DNA of 64,000 nt, taken from positions 1,187 to 65,186 of the IMG/VR virus record IMGVR_UViG_3300046804_002963; one strand, written 5' to 3'. Both the position numbers and the translations under genes were made by a program. Positions within the stretch are counted from its first letter, which is position 1. Each line of letters opens with the position of its first letter. This document shows positions 43,501-53,398 of the stretch, in pieces. Under the pieces are notes generated by a model. It was not told the DNA's origin, made no database searches, and saw nothing but the letters and a program-made list of their open reading frames with translations. The DNA comes from a virus (Duplodnaviria; Caudoviricetes).

Positions 43501-43981
43501 TAGGGTATAAGTTAACAAACCCATTAAATCTATATTGTGCTTCTGTAGCGTTTCTATAAATGGTAGCATATTGATTACCTGCAAACTTTTCATTATCGTA
43601 ATCAATTAATGCAAGTCTACCCTTTACTTTAATATTTGAACTTATAGTAGCTTCTAATCTAAAATCACTAAAGAGTTCTTCAAAAGTAGGGCGCGCAATA
43701 GAACGGGAAGGACTAACAGCTATTCTATATTCTGCATCATCTGTCTTACCTAAAGTATGATCGTTGAATGGATCAGCAAAAATACCATTCTTAAAACGTT
43801 CTATAGTACCAGTTGCGTCTCTAATAGAAAGAGCTTTTGTTTCTAGTGCTAACGCATTTAAAGTAGCATAATATTCGAGTGTCTTGATACGTTCTTCTAA
43901 CGCACCAATTTCTTTCATAGTATAGCCTTTAGTGGCTCTAATATTTACTTTAACAGCAAGATCTTTTCTTTTATAAGACAT
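40574..43981 (-). CDS. vrlC: VrlC/DUF4815-like baseplate-associated protein, C-terminal half, with Hint insertion
   Basis: YTMKEIGALEERIKTLEYY, RFKNGIFADPF, DPIAQTF, QDIKFNLYRAKF, SPVVDL, KYISK.V.L, IRAIALQ. Confidence 0.8.
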   Translation of the reverse strand: MSYKRKDLAVKVNIRATKGYTMKEIGALEERIKTLEYYATLNALALETKALSIRDATGTIERFKNGIFADPFNDHTLGKTDDAEYRIAVSPSRSIARPTFEELFSDFRLEATISSNIKVKGRLALIDYDNEKFAGNQYATIYRNATEAQYRFNGFVNLYPNYDNSNQNVDNAPQNINIDIAGAFNTFLRQTKIAQNIDTVVGPVRLTGSTLVDSHVENNTRYDTTTNYYSQTTTRTITDIGVNIENINVDAGNFVTDVSNLYYMLPRRIAVIARGLKPLTKLYAFFDKVNVTDKCSPAIVNPDFAGGVGIASAAGKEDNILKAVNNYKDYFPALYPSNVNNGEIYSDSAGNAYLVFNLPANTFRSGDRILALTNVDDINAKDAIITFAEGVYTASALSTRKTKLTFNITNPTFYPTTCVEVNTANWSTTTTTSTWLSCFAAGTLVTMADGSYKEIQNVEIGDILKGKDVNNVVLGFDHPPLDDGIRDPYLYGINGGRPFITSEHPLLTKSGWKSIDPALTRLAKPHINYLDTSRLNVGDEIITDNGSVIVKSIERHEDIDKTQTVYNFVLDGDHTYYADGYLAHNRDPIAQTFTINNLPGTNIPGIYLTQLGAFFKKKSQSLGITAFVCETTNGAPNTNRILGHARKESSEVVTSDDSSGETVFTFETPVLLQSDQQYAFYLEPDFANPDYELWISEVGGIDKVSGNAITGNPFVGIMYASSTGNNWTPIQSQDIKFNLYRAKFKYLTGKAVFNNEKDDYLTTDSIIRANNSVAPAIGDVIYAANTANVNQILIDNTYYPFGIIQDIDELNNKLVIDTSTGKFSNTTYPHLRLFRVPEVGNVAYLSNTYLVANAVLKTVDDKAYHGMVPKFSILEPVGTIAEISYFGTSNSTNSFTKDTLPLKVKNESLFELSDYERVLRSYSNELAQGGYGANGSATYVIDMFTGNEYVSPVVDLSTKRLNFVKNLINNDTTNENTRYGSALNKYISKNVSLTQEAEDLLVYVTAYRPVKTDVKVYAKFQNQTDNDLFDTKEWTELVFTTTSQYTLYSSPKDREDYKELVFTLPTGNSVANSTTAYLDPNSLSSQGAADCITYFDSAGVQYYRYSTFCLKMVFLSTDPVTIPIVRDIRAIALQK
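42227..42670 (-). other. Hint (intein-like/BIL) domain, 148 aa, no endonuclease
   Basis: Starts CFAAGTLVTMADG...I..VEIGD (block A), ITSEHPLL (block B TxxH), VYNFVLDGDHTYYADGYLAHN (blocks F/G); followed by Arg. Confidence 0.88.
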
Positions 43982-43986
43982 ATTAA

Positions 43987-46920
43987 TTATTCTGCTTCTT
44001 TAAAGGTTAACGAAGGATAAGGAGGTACAACTATTTCTGCAACAGGAAGCCCTGTTTTATTTATTGATGGTGGAACAGGCTTAGCTGAAGGTGTTCCTTT
44101 TTTAACAGAAAGATTACCATCTTTATCAATAATTAGAATATCTATTCTAGGTAGATAGTAAGAAATATTATATGTAAAATCAGAACCAGGATCTGCTACT
44201 AAAATATTAGTAGTATTATATGATGTAGTATTATTAGCTGGATTCTCGGTTGCTGAAGCTAAAGTATTTGTACTTACAGCTGTATTAGCGAGTAATGGTC
44301 TAAAATCAATAAAGTTTCTTAAATCATATCTATTATTTAACGTATCATAGAATACTGGAATTTCAGCAGTAGCAATAGCGCTAGTATTAGCAGTATTAGC
44401 ATCATCGATAGGATATGAATCTATTGAGAAGAATCCAGCTTTAGATATAGAAGCGGTATTAGCTTCAAAATGAGAAACTTCAACAACTAATTTAGAAAGA
44501 TTGGTAAGTGAAGCAGCATATTGAGGACGTAACTTAAGGTAAGATAAACCATACGCGTATTCAGTTTGTCCGTTATCTAATTCAAACCAATCAATTACAT
44601 CAGAATTAGTAATATCATAAGTTGTACCAAAATATACTGCGTCTAGTCTATAAGCATCAGTAAGACCTAGACACCAAGGACCTGTAGTACCTGCAACATG
44701 AGTACCACAATCAATTTTTACATATCTTTTTTCTTTAACTACTTTTGGTGTTGCTACTGCAGAAGTTCTTTTTACTGGAATTTGAGCAGCCAAATTATAT
44801 ACACTAGTAGCAGGATCGATGCATAAGTTAACAGTAACTGAAGTACCAGAATTTACATAGAAGGTATTTCCAGAACCGTTAAAGTTAACATGGGTTCCTT
44901 TTTTAAAGAAATATTGTATACTTAAAGTATCACTTGGTATAGTAGCAGGAGATACTGTAATGGAGTTAGCTGCATTAATAGCAGACACTGTATTATACGT
45001 AGCGCTTGTAGTGTTACTTATTTTAACACCCATACCAACATACATACCACCTGCAAACCCAGTAGTAAGATGAGTAATATTTGCAGAAGTAGCATTAGCA
45101 ACACCACCTACTGCTAAGCTAGTAGCTACAGTATTTGATAAGGTATCTTGTGCAAAAATAACGTTAACATCTTCTGCATCTTGGTCAGTAAGATAACCTA
45201 CACCTAGATTAAATTCATCAGGACCTGCAATATTAAAGGTAGTTATTCCACCACCTGATGCTAAACTGTATGCATAAGAAGAAGTTACAATAGGCTTGTA
45301 GATAAATGTAGTATTGTTATTATTGTTACTATCTACTAGTGATTTAACTCCAGAGAGACCAGTATCAAAAATAGCTTTTTGAAGATCAACGTCAATAAGC
45401 GCTACTCTATTATTATTATCTAGAACAAAATCTGCATAACCTTTACCGTAAGTAGCGTCATTTACATATAAACTTTTAACATCAGAAGCAAAAAACTTAC
45501 CAGGATTCATACGAATATTAAAGAGATAAACGTTATGTCTTCCTTCTGGAATACCTTTAACATTCTGATCGTAGTTAAATCCGCGTATATTAGCATAACC
45601 TATTAAGTTACCTGAAGGGGCAGAACGAGACTGGTAGAGTGATAAGGTCTGTTGAGGTTGATCGTACAGTTCTACTACAGTAAGAGTTTGCGCGTTAAAT
45701 ATGCCTGCAACTTCATTAACTTCAGCATAGCTTCCTAAGCTAATTCGAATAGTTTCTGAAGTAAAGGAATTAGAAGAAACGGCGCGCTCAACTGGTATTT
45801 TTCTTGGAGAAAGAAATTCTACTCTATAACCATCAACATAAGCTACACCTGGTGAAGCATTATAATAGAACAATGAAGTATTTGATTCATGAGATGTTAC
45901 GTCAACTTGGAAAGGGTTAAGTACGTAATTGCCAGATTCTTCATAAGTTCTTTTAGCCATAACATCCATAAGAATGCTATATTGCGGATCCTTATTATAC
46001 TGAACTATACCACCATTACCACCGTCAAACTCAACTATAGGTAAAAAATTGCTAGGAATAGTAACTTCATTATTTGCTTTGTCGTAGCAGATAGGAACAG
46101 GATCTAGCTTGAGACGATATGCACCTGGAGCATTATAATTTGGTGAACCAACTGAATTATCATAAAGGGATGGATCTTCTGACGGTTTAACAATATATTC
46201 TTGAGTATCAAAACCAACAATCATGCCAGCCGCGTTCGATGTGTGTTCTTTTACTACAATATTTTGTGCTTTAGCGTTTTGAAAAAAACCTTTCTGGTAT
46301 ACTATACCAGGTGACATTCTCATAGCATATCCAACACTATGAGTATTAATTGTAGAATTTGCAGTTATAGTATAGATAGAGCCTAATAAATTAGAGCTGC
46401 TAAGAATGCCTGTCTTATCTTGTACTTCACTATAAACATCAATCTTCTCACTAGTAGAACTAAACATAAGTTCACCACCTGTGCCAGGCCAGATATAATC
46501 TACATATGCGCGATTAGTATCTAAACTACCTGCATCTACTAATGATTCAGCGCCTGTAAATGCTCTAAACACTGCAGCTCTAACACCTGTTGTGTTAGAA
46601 ACTAAAAGATAGCTATTACCAGTATCAAGATACTTGTCTACTAATAGACCAAAATCATATGTTACTGTATTGCTATCTTTAAATCTTACTTGCGTCTTTG
46701 TTGGATATGAAGTAAACCCGCACCCTTCTACTAAAGTACCATCTTTATAAATGCTGTTACCAAATCGAGATATTTGTCTTTGTAGAATAGTTTGAAGTTG
46801 AGTTAACTCACGAGCTTGTACAGCTGTAGCGCCGCGAAAAAGGATGCGGTAATATTGCTTTTCCTCATCGTAGTCGTCGTAGAACGGTGCGACGTTAAAA
46901 TTAGTTTGAAGCTCGGCCAT
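43987..46920 (-). CDS. vrlC: VrlC/DUF4815-like protein, N-terminal half
   Basis: FNVAPFYDDYD...YRILFR...VQARELTQLQTILQ.QI..FG, APGAYRLK, RTYEESGNY, DFRP, YYLPRID. Confidence 0.85.
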   Translation of the reverse strand: MAELQTNFNVAPFYDDYDEEKQYYRILFRGATAVQARELTQLQTILQRQISRFGNSIYKDGTLVEGCGFTSYPTKTQVRFKDSNTVTYDFGLLVDKYLDTGNSYLLVSNTTGVRAAVFRAFTGAESLVDAGSLDTNRAYVDYIWPGTGGELMFSSTSEKIDVYSEVQDKTGILSSSNLLGSIYTITANSTINTHSVGYAMRMSPGIVYQKGFFQNAKAQNIVVKEHTSNAAGMIVGFDTQEYIVKPSEDPSLYDNSVGSPNYNAPGAYRLKLDPVPICYDKANNEVTIPSNFLPIVEFDGGNGGIVQYNKDPQYSILMDVMAKRTYEESGNYVLNPFQVDVTSHESNTSLFYYNASPGVAYVDGYRVEFLSPRKIPVERAVSSNSFTSETIRISLGSYAEVNEVAGIFNAQTLTVVELYDQPQQTLSLYQSRSAPSGNLIGYANIRGFNYDQNVKGIPEGRHNVYLFNIRMNPGKFFASDVKSLYVNDATYGKGYADFVLDNNNRVALIDVDLQKAIFDTGLSGVKSLVDSNNNNNTTFIYKPIVTSSYAYSLASGGGITTFNIAGPDEFNLGVGYLTDQDAEDVNVIFAQDTLSNTVATSLAVGGVANATSANITHLTTGFAGGMYVGMGVKISNTTSATYNTVSAINAANSITVSPATIPSDTLSIQYFFKKGTHVNFNGSGNTFYVNSGTSVTVNLCIDPATSVYNLAAQIPVKRTSAVATPKVVKEKRYVKIDCGTHVAGTTGPWCLGLTDAYRLDAVYFGTTYDITNSDVIDWFELDNGQTEYAYGLSYLKLRPQYAASLTNLSKLVVEVSHFEANTASISKAGFFSIDSYPIDDANTANTSAIATAEIPVFYDTLNNRYDLRNFIDFRPLLANTAVSTNTLASATENPANNTTSYNTTNILVADPGSDFTYNISYYLPRIDILIIDKDGNLSVKKGTPSAKPVPPSINKTGLPVAEIVVPPYPSLTFKEAE

Positions 46921-46929
46921 CTCTATCCC

Positions 46930-48432
46930 TTAGATTTTAAAATATAATTTAACTTGCTCAGAAGAAGCACCAGATCTACTAATTGGTTCTAGGTTTCTAT
47001 AATAGTAAATTTTACCTGAATAAGGTACTAAATCTCTATTATTTATAGCTGTAGGAGTACAAGTTATACCTGATGTTGAACTAGTGATGGTTTCAAAAGG
47101 AATGAAAGTACCAATAGTTTCTCTTAAAACAAGAATATCTGCATCCATGTATAGTACAGTACCAGTAGCACCGCTTGTAAAGCCGTATACTTGCTCACCA
47201 GCAGCCATTGGCGCAAAGACATTAGTAATATTGAGAACTATGTATTGTACAAATGTAGAATCTTTATATACTGTATTATTTGCAGTTGCAAGTGGGTTAT
47301 AAAGAAGAGATACTTGTCTATACGTTGCCCATTCTGGAAAATTGTCTGTAGTATTAATGTCTAAAGATATACCTATTCTATCTACACCTAGTTCAGAAAT
47401 AACATCTGATCCGTGACCGCCTGGTGGTGAAATAATAGGATGTATATAACAATTAGAACCAAATAATGTGTTAGCTACTATAGTAGCTGTTGCATAATGA
47501 TATCCTTGTCCATTATCAATAACATCAATACTGGTAATAGCACCGGATATAGAATTAACAGTAGATAAAGCTAATGCACCAGTACCGTCGCCTACTATAT
47601 TAACTGTTGGGCTAATTTTATAAAAAGAAGTGGAGTCAATATTATTAAGCTGAGTTAATGTGGTAACATACTTACCAGAAGTGTTTACCGTATAATCTGA
47701 AATGATAGAGTAATCACCTCTACCTGTACCAGCAGCAATATAAATGGTAGAAAGATTATATGCACCATTAATACTTGAAGGTCCAGAATTGGCTAACTTA
47801 ATAAGAGAAGGGTTAACACTCACATCACAATATCCATTAGCAGCTTCATATCCGTTACCTAAACTATCTACTACTACTACATGAATAGCACCTTCTGTAG
47901 CATACTGAGGGACGTAATAGTCTGGAATAACTGGCATACTGCCAACTGAAGTAAACTTTTTATTTTGTAAACTATTAATAGTGTACATATACTTCCAGAT
48001 ATAACCATCTGAAGTTTTAAAGTCGCCAGTAGCAATAGTAGCTGTAGGTTCTACTGTTGAGGGTGCTCCACGATTATTATAAAGACACTTATAAACTCTT
48101 TTATCTGAGTTCATAACATAAAATTCTCTATTATATAAATCAGGATCTGTATGATCATAATAATCATAGACTGTATTAGATGCCCATGTAATTTTTCTAG
48201 CGCAGTATTGAATATCCGAAACACTTAATTTCTTGCCAAACATTAAGTCTTTTGAAACATCAAGATAGGAAGTAAGAATGCTAGAATTAGTAGCCGGAGG
48301 ATCATAGTCATCAGGCCACTCATAGCCTCTACCAAAGGCAACATAATAGGAAGAATTAGAAGCACTTACATCATCGATAAAGTCTTCTACAAACTTATTT
48401 TTAAAAGTACTGCTATATTTTCCTGCTACCAT
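46930..48432 (-). CDS. gp8: Baseplate wedge subunit
   Basis: W...TVYDYY, FYVMNSDKRVYKCLYN, TSDGYIWKYMYTI, IISPPGGHGSDV..ELG, SGKIYYY.N..PISR. Confidence 0.88.
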   Translation of the reverse strand: MVAGKYSSTFKNKFVEDFIDDVSASNSSYYVAFGRGYEWPDDYDPPATNSSILTSYLDVSKDLMFGKKLSVSDIQYCARKITWASNTVYDYYDHTDPDLYNREFYVMNSDKRVYKCLYNNRGAPSTVEPTATIATGDFKTSDGYIWKYMYTINSLQNKKFTSVGSMPVIPDYYVPQYATEGAIHVVVVDSLGNGYEAANGYCDVSVNPSLIKLANSGPSSINGAYNLSTIYIAAGTGRGDYSIISDYTVNTSGKYVTTLTQLNNIDSTSFYKISPTVNIVGDGTGALALSTVNSISGAITSIDVIDNGQGYHYATATIVANTLFGSNCYIHPIISPPGGHGSDVISELGVDRIGISLDINTTDNFPEWATYRQVSLLYNPLATANNTVYKDSTFVQYIVLNITNVFAPMAAGEQVYGFTSGATGTVLYMDADILVLRETIGTFIPFETITSSTSGITCTPTAINNRDLVPYSGKIYYYRNLEPISRSGASSEQVKLYFKI

Positions 48433-48443
48433 AATAGATCTGC

Positions 48444-50039
48444 TTAGTATGTAATTGTGATTTCTTCTTCGCTAACTTCAAAAGGTTCATCTATAACTTC
48501 TGAAATTACTGCTTTACCGAATACTTTATTACCAATAGGGTGAGCTACTTGTTTTAGTATATCAATATATTTATCAAGGGATTTTTCTAATTGAATTTCG
48601 TAAGAATATTCCTGATAATAATAGCTATCTTGTAGATATTTGTCTAAGTTAACATGACCTTGCTCATCAACCCATTCTCCACATTCTTTACCTACACCCT
48701 CTAAGCTTAAAACTAATGTAGCATAAAGATCGTTATTGCTAGTATTATAAAATTCTACAGTTTTACCTTCTGTATTAAATCCTAGACCAGATGAGCAAAC
48801 TACAACTTTATCAACTACACCGTTGCCACTAAACGCACCTCCAATAATATCGGCGTTATGTCCCCAGCGCTTACCTTTACTATCTAATATTCCATATGCA
48901 TATGTTATTGCTTCAAACACATCTCCGTTAACAGTACCATTATACTGCTTATCTCCGGAAGTAATAGCTCTTAAACTTGCAATTTTACCAATTGTTGCAG
49001 TTTTATATACTAATGCATCACTTAATGTAGAACTTATAAATGTATGGTTAAGATTTGCACCGTAATCGCCATCAATAATATTTCTATAAGCTTCTGGTCC
49101 AATTAATGTATCATTATAAGAGAATGTGGTAGTGTTAGATAACGACCCCACTTTAAAATTAGCATATTGACCTGAAGTGGCGGTTTTATAAGTTACCGCT
49201 ACATTAGAGTTTAAAGTATAACCATATCCACCGTCTAGAATCTTAAATGTAATATAGCCTTTAGTGAGCAAAGGATTTCTAATTGTAGAGACATAAAATT
49301 TTATATTTTCACCACTTGTGCTTATTGCAGCTAATTCATCACCTGGTTTATGGCCCTCTGTGGAAGAGTCTGCAGTAGCAATCATAGCAGATCCTCTAAC
49401 TACTGTAGCTTCTCTAACATCTAACCCATCATAAATTAATCTTTCTCCTACCATAAAGTTGGAGCCAGTTGATCCACCAGTTATGTTAGTAATATACAAC
49501 ACATAACAAATTTGATTACCTAGATAAATTTCTTCTGCGGAAGATACATAGGCAGTTGCACCGCTAGTAGTTCCTGTAATAAATTTATTATCGTAGCTAA
49601 AAAATGAAGGTCTATTTTCTACTTCAATGTATCTTTTTTCAACCCATTTACTACCAGAAGCTTTAAATATGTCTTTTTGTGGAACATATACTTCTATTTC
49701 TTGCTTGTAGAGAAGCGAAAATAATAATTTTAAGCCCTCTACTGATCCTTTAGATCTATAGACATCTAAGATATGTTTTTCTAAGAGTCTTCTGTCTGAA
49801 AGAATATTTTTAGGAATGCCGTAGAGGTATTTGTTAAAGAAGTGTTCTATATACTGATCTGCAGTATTATCGATATCTCCAGTTTCAAATAAATTTCTAT
49901 TTTTATAGATATCGCCTTGCTCTTCAAGCCATTCATAATATGCTTTAACAAACTGAACAAAGTTTTGTCCCTCTTCTTGATAAAAAGAAGGGAATTGAAG
50001 AGCTACTAATTCAGATATTTTTTTAAAATTTTCAGACAT
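48444..50039 (-). CDS. gp7: Baseplate wedge initiator (gp7-like, compact)
   Basis: QFPSF..E...FVQFVKAYYEWLE, YRSKGSVEGLKLLF, LQDSYYYQEYSYEI, HPIG; lies between gp6 and gp8. Confidence 0.75.
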   Translation of the reverse strand: MSENFKKISELVALQFPSFYQEEGQNFVQFVKAYYEWLEEQGDIYKNRNLFETGDIDNTADQYIEHFFNKYLYGIPKNILSDRRLLEKHILDVYRSKGSVEGLKLLFSLLYKQEIEVYVPQKDIFKASGSKWVEKRYIEVENRPSFFSYDNKFITGTTSGATAYVSSAEEIYLGNQICYVLYITNITGGSTGSNFMVGERLIYDGLDVREATVVRGSAMIATADSSTEGHKPGDELAAISTSGENIKFYVSTIRNPLLTKGYITFKILDGGYGYTLNSNVAVTYKTATSGQYANFKVGSLSNTTTFSYNDTLIGPEAYRNIIDGDYGANLNHTFISSTLSDALVYKTATIGKIASLRAITSGDKQYNGTVNGDVFEAITYAYGILDSKGKRWGHNADIIGGAFSGNGVVDKVVVCSSGLGFNTEGKTVEFYNTSNNDLYATLVLSLEGVGKECGEWVDEQGHVNLDKYLQDSYYYQEYSYEIQLEKSLDKYIDILKQVAHPIGNKVFGKAVISEVIDEPFEVSEEEITITY

Positions 50040-51819
50040 TGGTGTTTATATTTACTGATATTTTACTAAAATCTATTTTTAAAAATTTACTCTCTTTTAC
50101 TGTAATATCAGGAGAGTTTAGTCTAGCATATAAATCAATAGTTCCATTATAGTCATATGCATTAATATCAAAAGATAAAACCCCTGTATCATAATTTACA
50201 GTACCAATATTAGATTCCAATATAATTACTGGATTTAAAGGAGTAGAGTAATATATTCTTAAATTACCTACACCATCATCTGAAATAAATGCCTGGTAAC
50301 CAGAATTATTTTTAATATACGTAAATGCGTTACTTTTAATAGTTTCTGTTTGACCAGGAACATATGCGGCTGCAGGTTTAAAAAGCTGATTAGAAAATGT
50401 AAAATCTACTCTTGTTTTAACAGTCTTTCTTGGAGCTATTTTATAAATTGCTCTTAATTGCGTATCATTACCTACTACTGCTGCATCAGCGCTATCAATC
50501 ATAGCTGATAGTTTAGAGTGTCTTATATCGTCACCAAAATTAACCAAGTACATACTATCATAATCTTTAATCTTATTAATAATATCAGTTCTTAATTGAG
50601 TAACTGATTTATTAGAGAGTAAAGGGTTAAATGACACAGCACTAATTACTTCTGCATAAAGATACTCTGGATCTTTAATAATAGGTTCAGTAGTAATAGT
50701 TTTTGTTAAAAGATAATTAGATATTTCCGTTTTTAGCTCATCCGATACTATAGGAGATGAACCAAACGGAATCATTGTAACTATAGCTTTACCATACTGA
50801 GGTGGATCTGCTTCTTCTCCACCATATACGTTAACAGTTTTAATTTGAGGAAATTTTTGTTTAATTAGATTAATATAGTCATCTCTTGTTACTGCTCTAT
50901 TTTGAGTAGTAAAGAATCTAGGAGCATGAAATTTAATCTCATCTGTATCTTCACGTTCTGATCCATCAGATGCTGCAATAATAGTAGATACAACTACTGG
51001 ATACTTACCTTCTATATCATATGAAGGTTCAAAGTAACTAACTTTATTACCTTGTTCTCCGCTGCAAGAACGATAAAATACTTTTACAATATTACCGTTA
51101 ACTAGCGATTTTCCAGTAACATCATCTCCAAAAACTATCTCATACTGGTTGCTTTCATACCCTTGAATAAAGTAAGCTTTTGAATTAGGATTTAATCCAT
51201 ACAAGCTCTCAGCAACACTGTAAATTGAATTAGTTGAATCAGTTGATGAATTAATAACTGTAACTTCTATACTATTAGTATCAATATTTTCTGATTGAAG
51301 TACATATTTTGTAACTCCATCAACAGTAAAATATTCAGTTACTTGTTTACCTTCGTAAATGTAAACATAGTCAGATGTATACACTCCGGTTGAATCTGGA
51401 AGTACTACAATAGGTTCTAATGTAGAATATTCTAACTTTGTTCCATCTACCACTGCCTTACAGGCATAACCTTTAGGTATAAGAACAAAATTAGGTGTCT
51501 CATTACCAGTGTTAATAGTAAATTGAACTTTCGCGCGCGCCGAGGTTCTAGAACGAGGAACGTAATTTAATTCTTTAGCATGAGATACAACTGAACTCTT
51601 AATTTGAGAAGAGTCAAGAAACATTTCACTCCCTACCATATTAAGATAGTAGGAGTTAAGATATGTGTTGTATGATAGCAAATCAAGTAAAGCGCTTAGA
51701 TTAGATCCTTCAAAATCATAATCTTGAAACTCAGTTTTAGCCTTAAGAAAGTTCTTAAGATTGCTTTTTATACCATCAAAACTTACTTCTGATACACTTA
51801 GAAAACCTGTGTTAGCCAT
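50032..51819 (-). CDS. gp6: Baseplate wedge subunit
   Basis: FDGIKSNLK, DYDFEGSNLS.LLDLLSYNT, EMFLDS, AKELNYVPRS, YEIVFGD, QNRAVT..DY, YGGEEADPPQYGK. Confidence 0.92.
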   Translation of the reverse strand: MANTGFLSVSEVSFDGIKSNLKNFLKAKTEFQDYDFEGSNLSALLDLLSYNTYLNSYYLNMVGSEMFLDSSQIKSSVVSHAKELNYVPRSRTSARAKVQFTINTGNETPNFVLIPKGYACKAVVDGTKLEYSTLEPIVVLPDSTGVYTSDYVYIYEGKQVTEYFTVDGVTKYVLQSENIDTNSIEVTVINSSTDSTNSIYSVAESLYGLNPNSKAYFIQGYESNQYEIVFGDDVTGKSLVNGNIVKVFYRSCSGEQGNKVSYFEPSYDIEGKYPVVVSTIIAASDGSEREDTDEIKFHAPRFFTTQNRAVTRDDYINLIKQKFPQIKTVNVYGGEEADPPQYGKAIVTMIPFGSSPIVSDELKTEISNYLLTKTITTEPIIKDPEYLYAEVISAVSFNPLLSNKSVTQLRTDIINKIKDYDSMYLVNFGDDIRHSKLSAMIDSADAAVVGNDTQLRAIYKIAPRKTVKTRVDFTFSNQLFKPAAAYVPGQTETIKSNAFTYIKNNSGYQAFISDDGVGNLRIYYSTPLNPVIILESNIGTVNYDTGVLSFDINAYDYNGTIDLYARLNSPDITVKESKFLKIDFSKISVNINTNV

Positions 51820-52208
51820 TATCTTACTCTTCTTAATACGACTTCTAGAGTAACCGGGGTAATATTATTATTAACTGAAAAAACTATAGTTGCCAAATAA
51901 GCATTATCATCTGGTAGCACTTTAACTTGTACTTCTATAAGATTAGCTCTAGGCTCGTAATTACTAATTACGTCTTTAATTCTTTCTCTAATTAAATACT
52001 GTGTATCAGTATTAATATTTTCAAATAAAAAAGCTTTTAATCCTGCACCTATTTGAGGACTGAAAGGTCTTTCAAAAGGATCAGTAAATAATAGATTTTT
52101 AATAGAACGCTTTACACTATTAACATCATACAGCAATGACAAGTCACCTTTGATAGGATGAATGTCTAAATTAACGTTGAAATCTGAAAAAGTACTGTTT
52201 ATGCTCAT
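51819..52208 (-). CDS. gp25: Baseplate wedge subunit
   Basis: HPIKGDL...SVKRSIKNLLFT...ERPF.P.IG, YEPR. Confidence 0.9.
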   Translation of the reverse strand: MSINSTFSDFNVNLDIHPIKGDLSLLYDVNSVKRSIKNLLFTDPFERPFSPQIGAGLKAFLFENINTDTQYLIRERIKDVISNYEPRANLIEVQVKVLPDDNAYLATIVFSVNNNITPVTLEVVLRRVR

Positions 52209-52213
52209 TTAAT

Positions 52214-52221
52214 TATTTATA
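52214..52221 (-). promoter_or_regulatory. T4-type late promoter TATAAATA just upstream of gp25
   Basis: Exact motif, 5 nt before ATG 52208, overlapping the upstream stop codon. Confidence 0.5.
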
Positions 52222-53398
52222 AAGATGTTCTGCATGCTTCTAGATAAAGCGGTTGCTGTTTTTGAACATCATTTCCAACTGATGAAGCTAACTGCCATCC
52301 GCCTGTAAAATGCTTAGTGTTAAAAGGACATCTTTCTGATTCTGCTATACCGCTAGCTAATCCTATTAAGAAAGGAATAGCATTATCTGCTCTTCGAAGT
52401 TCTAAAGTAGCAGTAGTGGCTACATTAAGTACACTTGCTACATTAGAAATTATACCACCCATACTTTGTCCGATAAAAGTGCTAGGAGAAGGTAGTGATG
52501 TTGTGCCTATTATCATTTTAGATACTACACTACCCAGGCTTAATGCTCCTCCAAAAGATGCAAAGTTTTGCATACCAAAACTAACACACCCGTTACTTCC
52601 TTGCTCCTTATTAAAAGCACCTATTCTTCTGCAGAACAGTTGATCTACTGCTGGAATAGCCGTTGATCCTTCTCCAAAGAAAGCTTTGCCTTGATAAGAA
52701 GGAGGAGTAAGTGAAGGGTTACGTGCTATTTGCTGAGTAGTTAATCTGGTGCCTGTAAGTAATTCAGACATAAAATTACCTATAGCTAAACCGCCTGTTT
52801 GTTCAAGCAATGGTCCTGCTAGAGCTCCAGCAGCTCCTGCAATTGCAGCTACCTTATTTAATAGATTATCATGTTTGTCAGTCTTAGTTTGTACTGCATT
52901 AAATCTATTAGCAAAAGCTTGTATTACTGCAGAAACTGCATTAGCAAGAAAAGCTACTTTATAGATGTCTGGTATTAAGCATATATCTCTAATATTGCGG
53001 ATATATCTAGTATCTCCTAAATCAGGCACACCTATTACATCTGCAACAAATAATAAATCGCTTATATTGTCTATGCAAGCTAATATATAGAAAAATTTCT
53101 CTAATACATCATATGGAATAAATCCTAATAGAGATAACTCTATACATTTTATTCGAATAGCTTCTTTTTCTACATTAGTTAGAATATAGTTAGCATGCGT
53201 TCTAGTATAATTAGGAGGCGCAGTTCTAGAAGCAAGTACAGAAGCTGCTCCTACTAAATTAGCACAAATATTTACTGCTTTACCAAAATCAGAAGTTGAA
53301 GCTTTATTATTCGAATCACCATAAAAGCCTGGTTGAGTAATTACAGACTTCTGGATAAGTGCGGTTGATTCACAACCAATTACTACATCATCGGCCAT
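52217..53398 (-). CDS. Hypothetical protein between the gp5 locus and gp25
   Basis: 393-aa ORF translationally coupled to the upstream gene; Ala/Gly-rich hydrophobic helices; no motif recognised. Confidence 0.7.
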   Translation of the reverse strand: MADDVVIGCESTALIQKSVITQPGFYGDSNNKASTSDFGKAVNICANLVGAASVLASRTAPPNYTRTHANYILTNVEKEAIRIKCIELSLLGFIPYDVLEKFFYILACIDNISDLLFVADVIGVPDLGDTRYIRNIRDICLIPDIYKVAFLANAVSAVIQAFANRFNAVQTKTDKHDNLLNKVAAIAGAAGALAGPLLEQTGGLAIGNFMSELLTGTRLTTQQIARNPSLTPPSYQGKAFFGEGSTAIPAVDQLFCRRIGAFNKEQGSNGCVSFGMQNFASFGGALSLGSVVSKMIIGTTSLPSPSTFIGQSMGGIISNVASVLNVATTATLELRRADNAIPFLIGLASGIAESERCPFNTKHFTGGWQLASSVGNDVQKQQPLYLEACRTSL

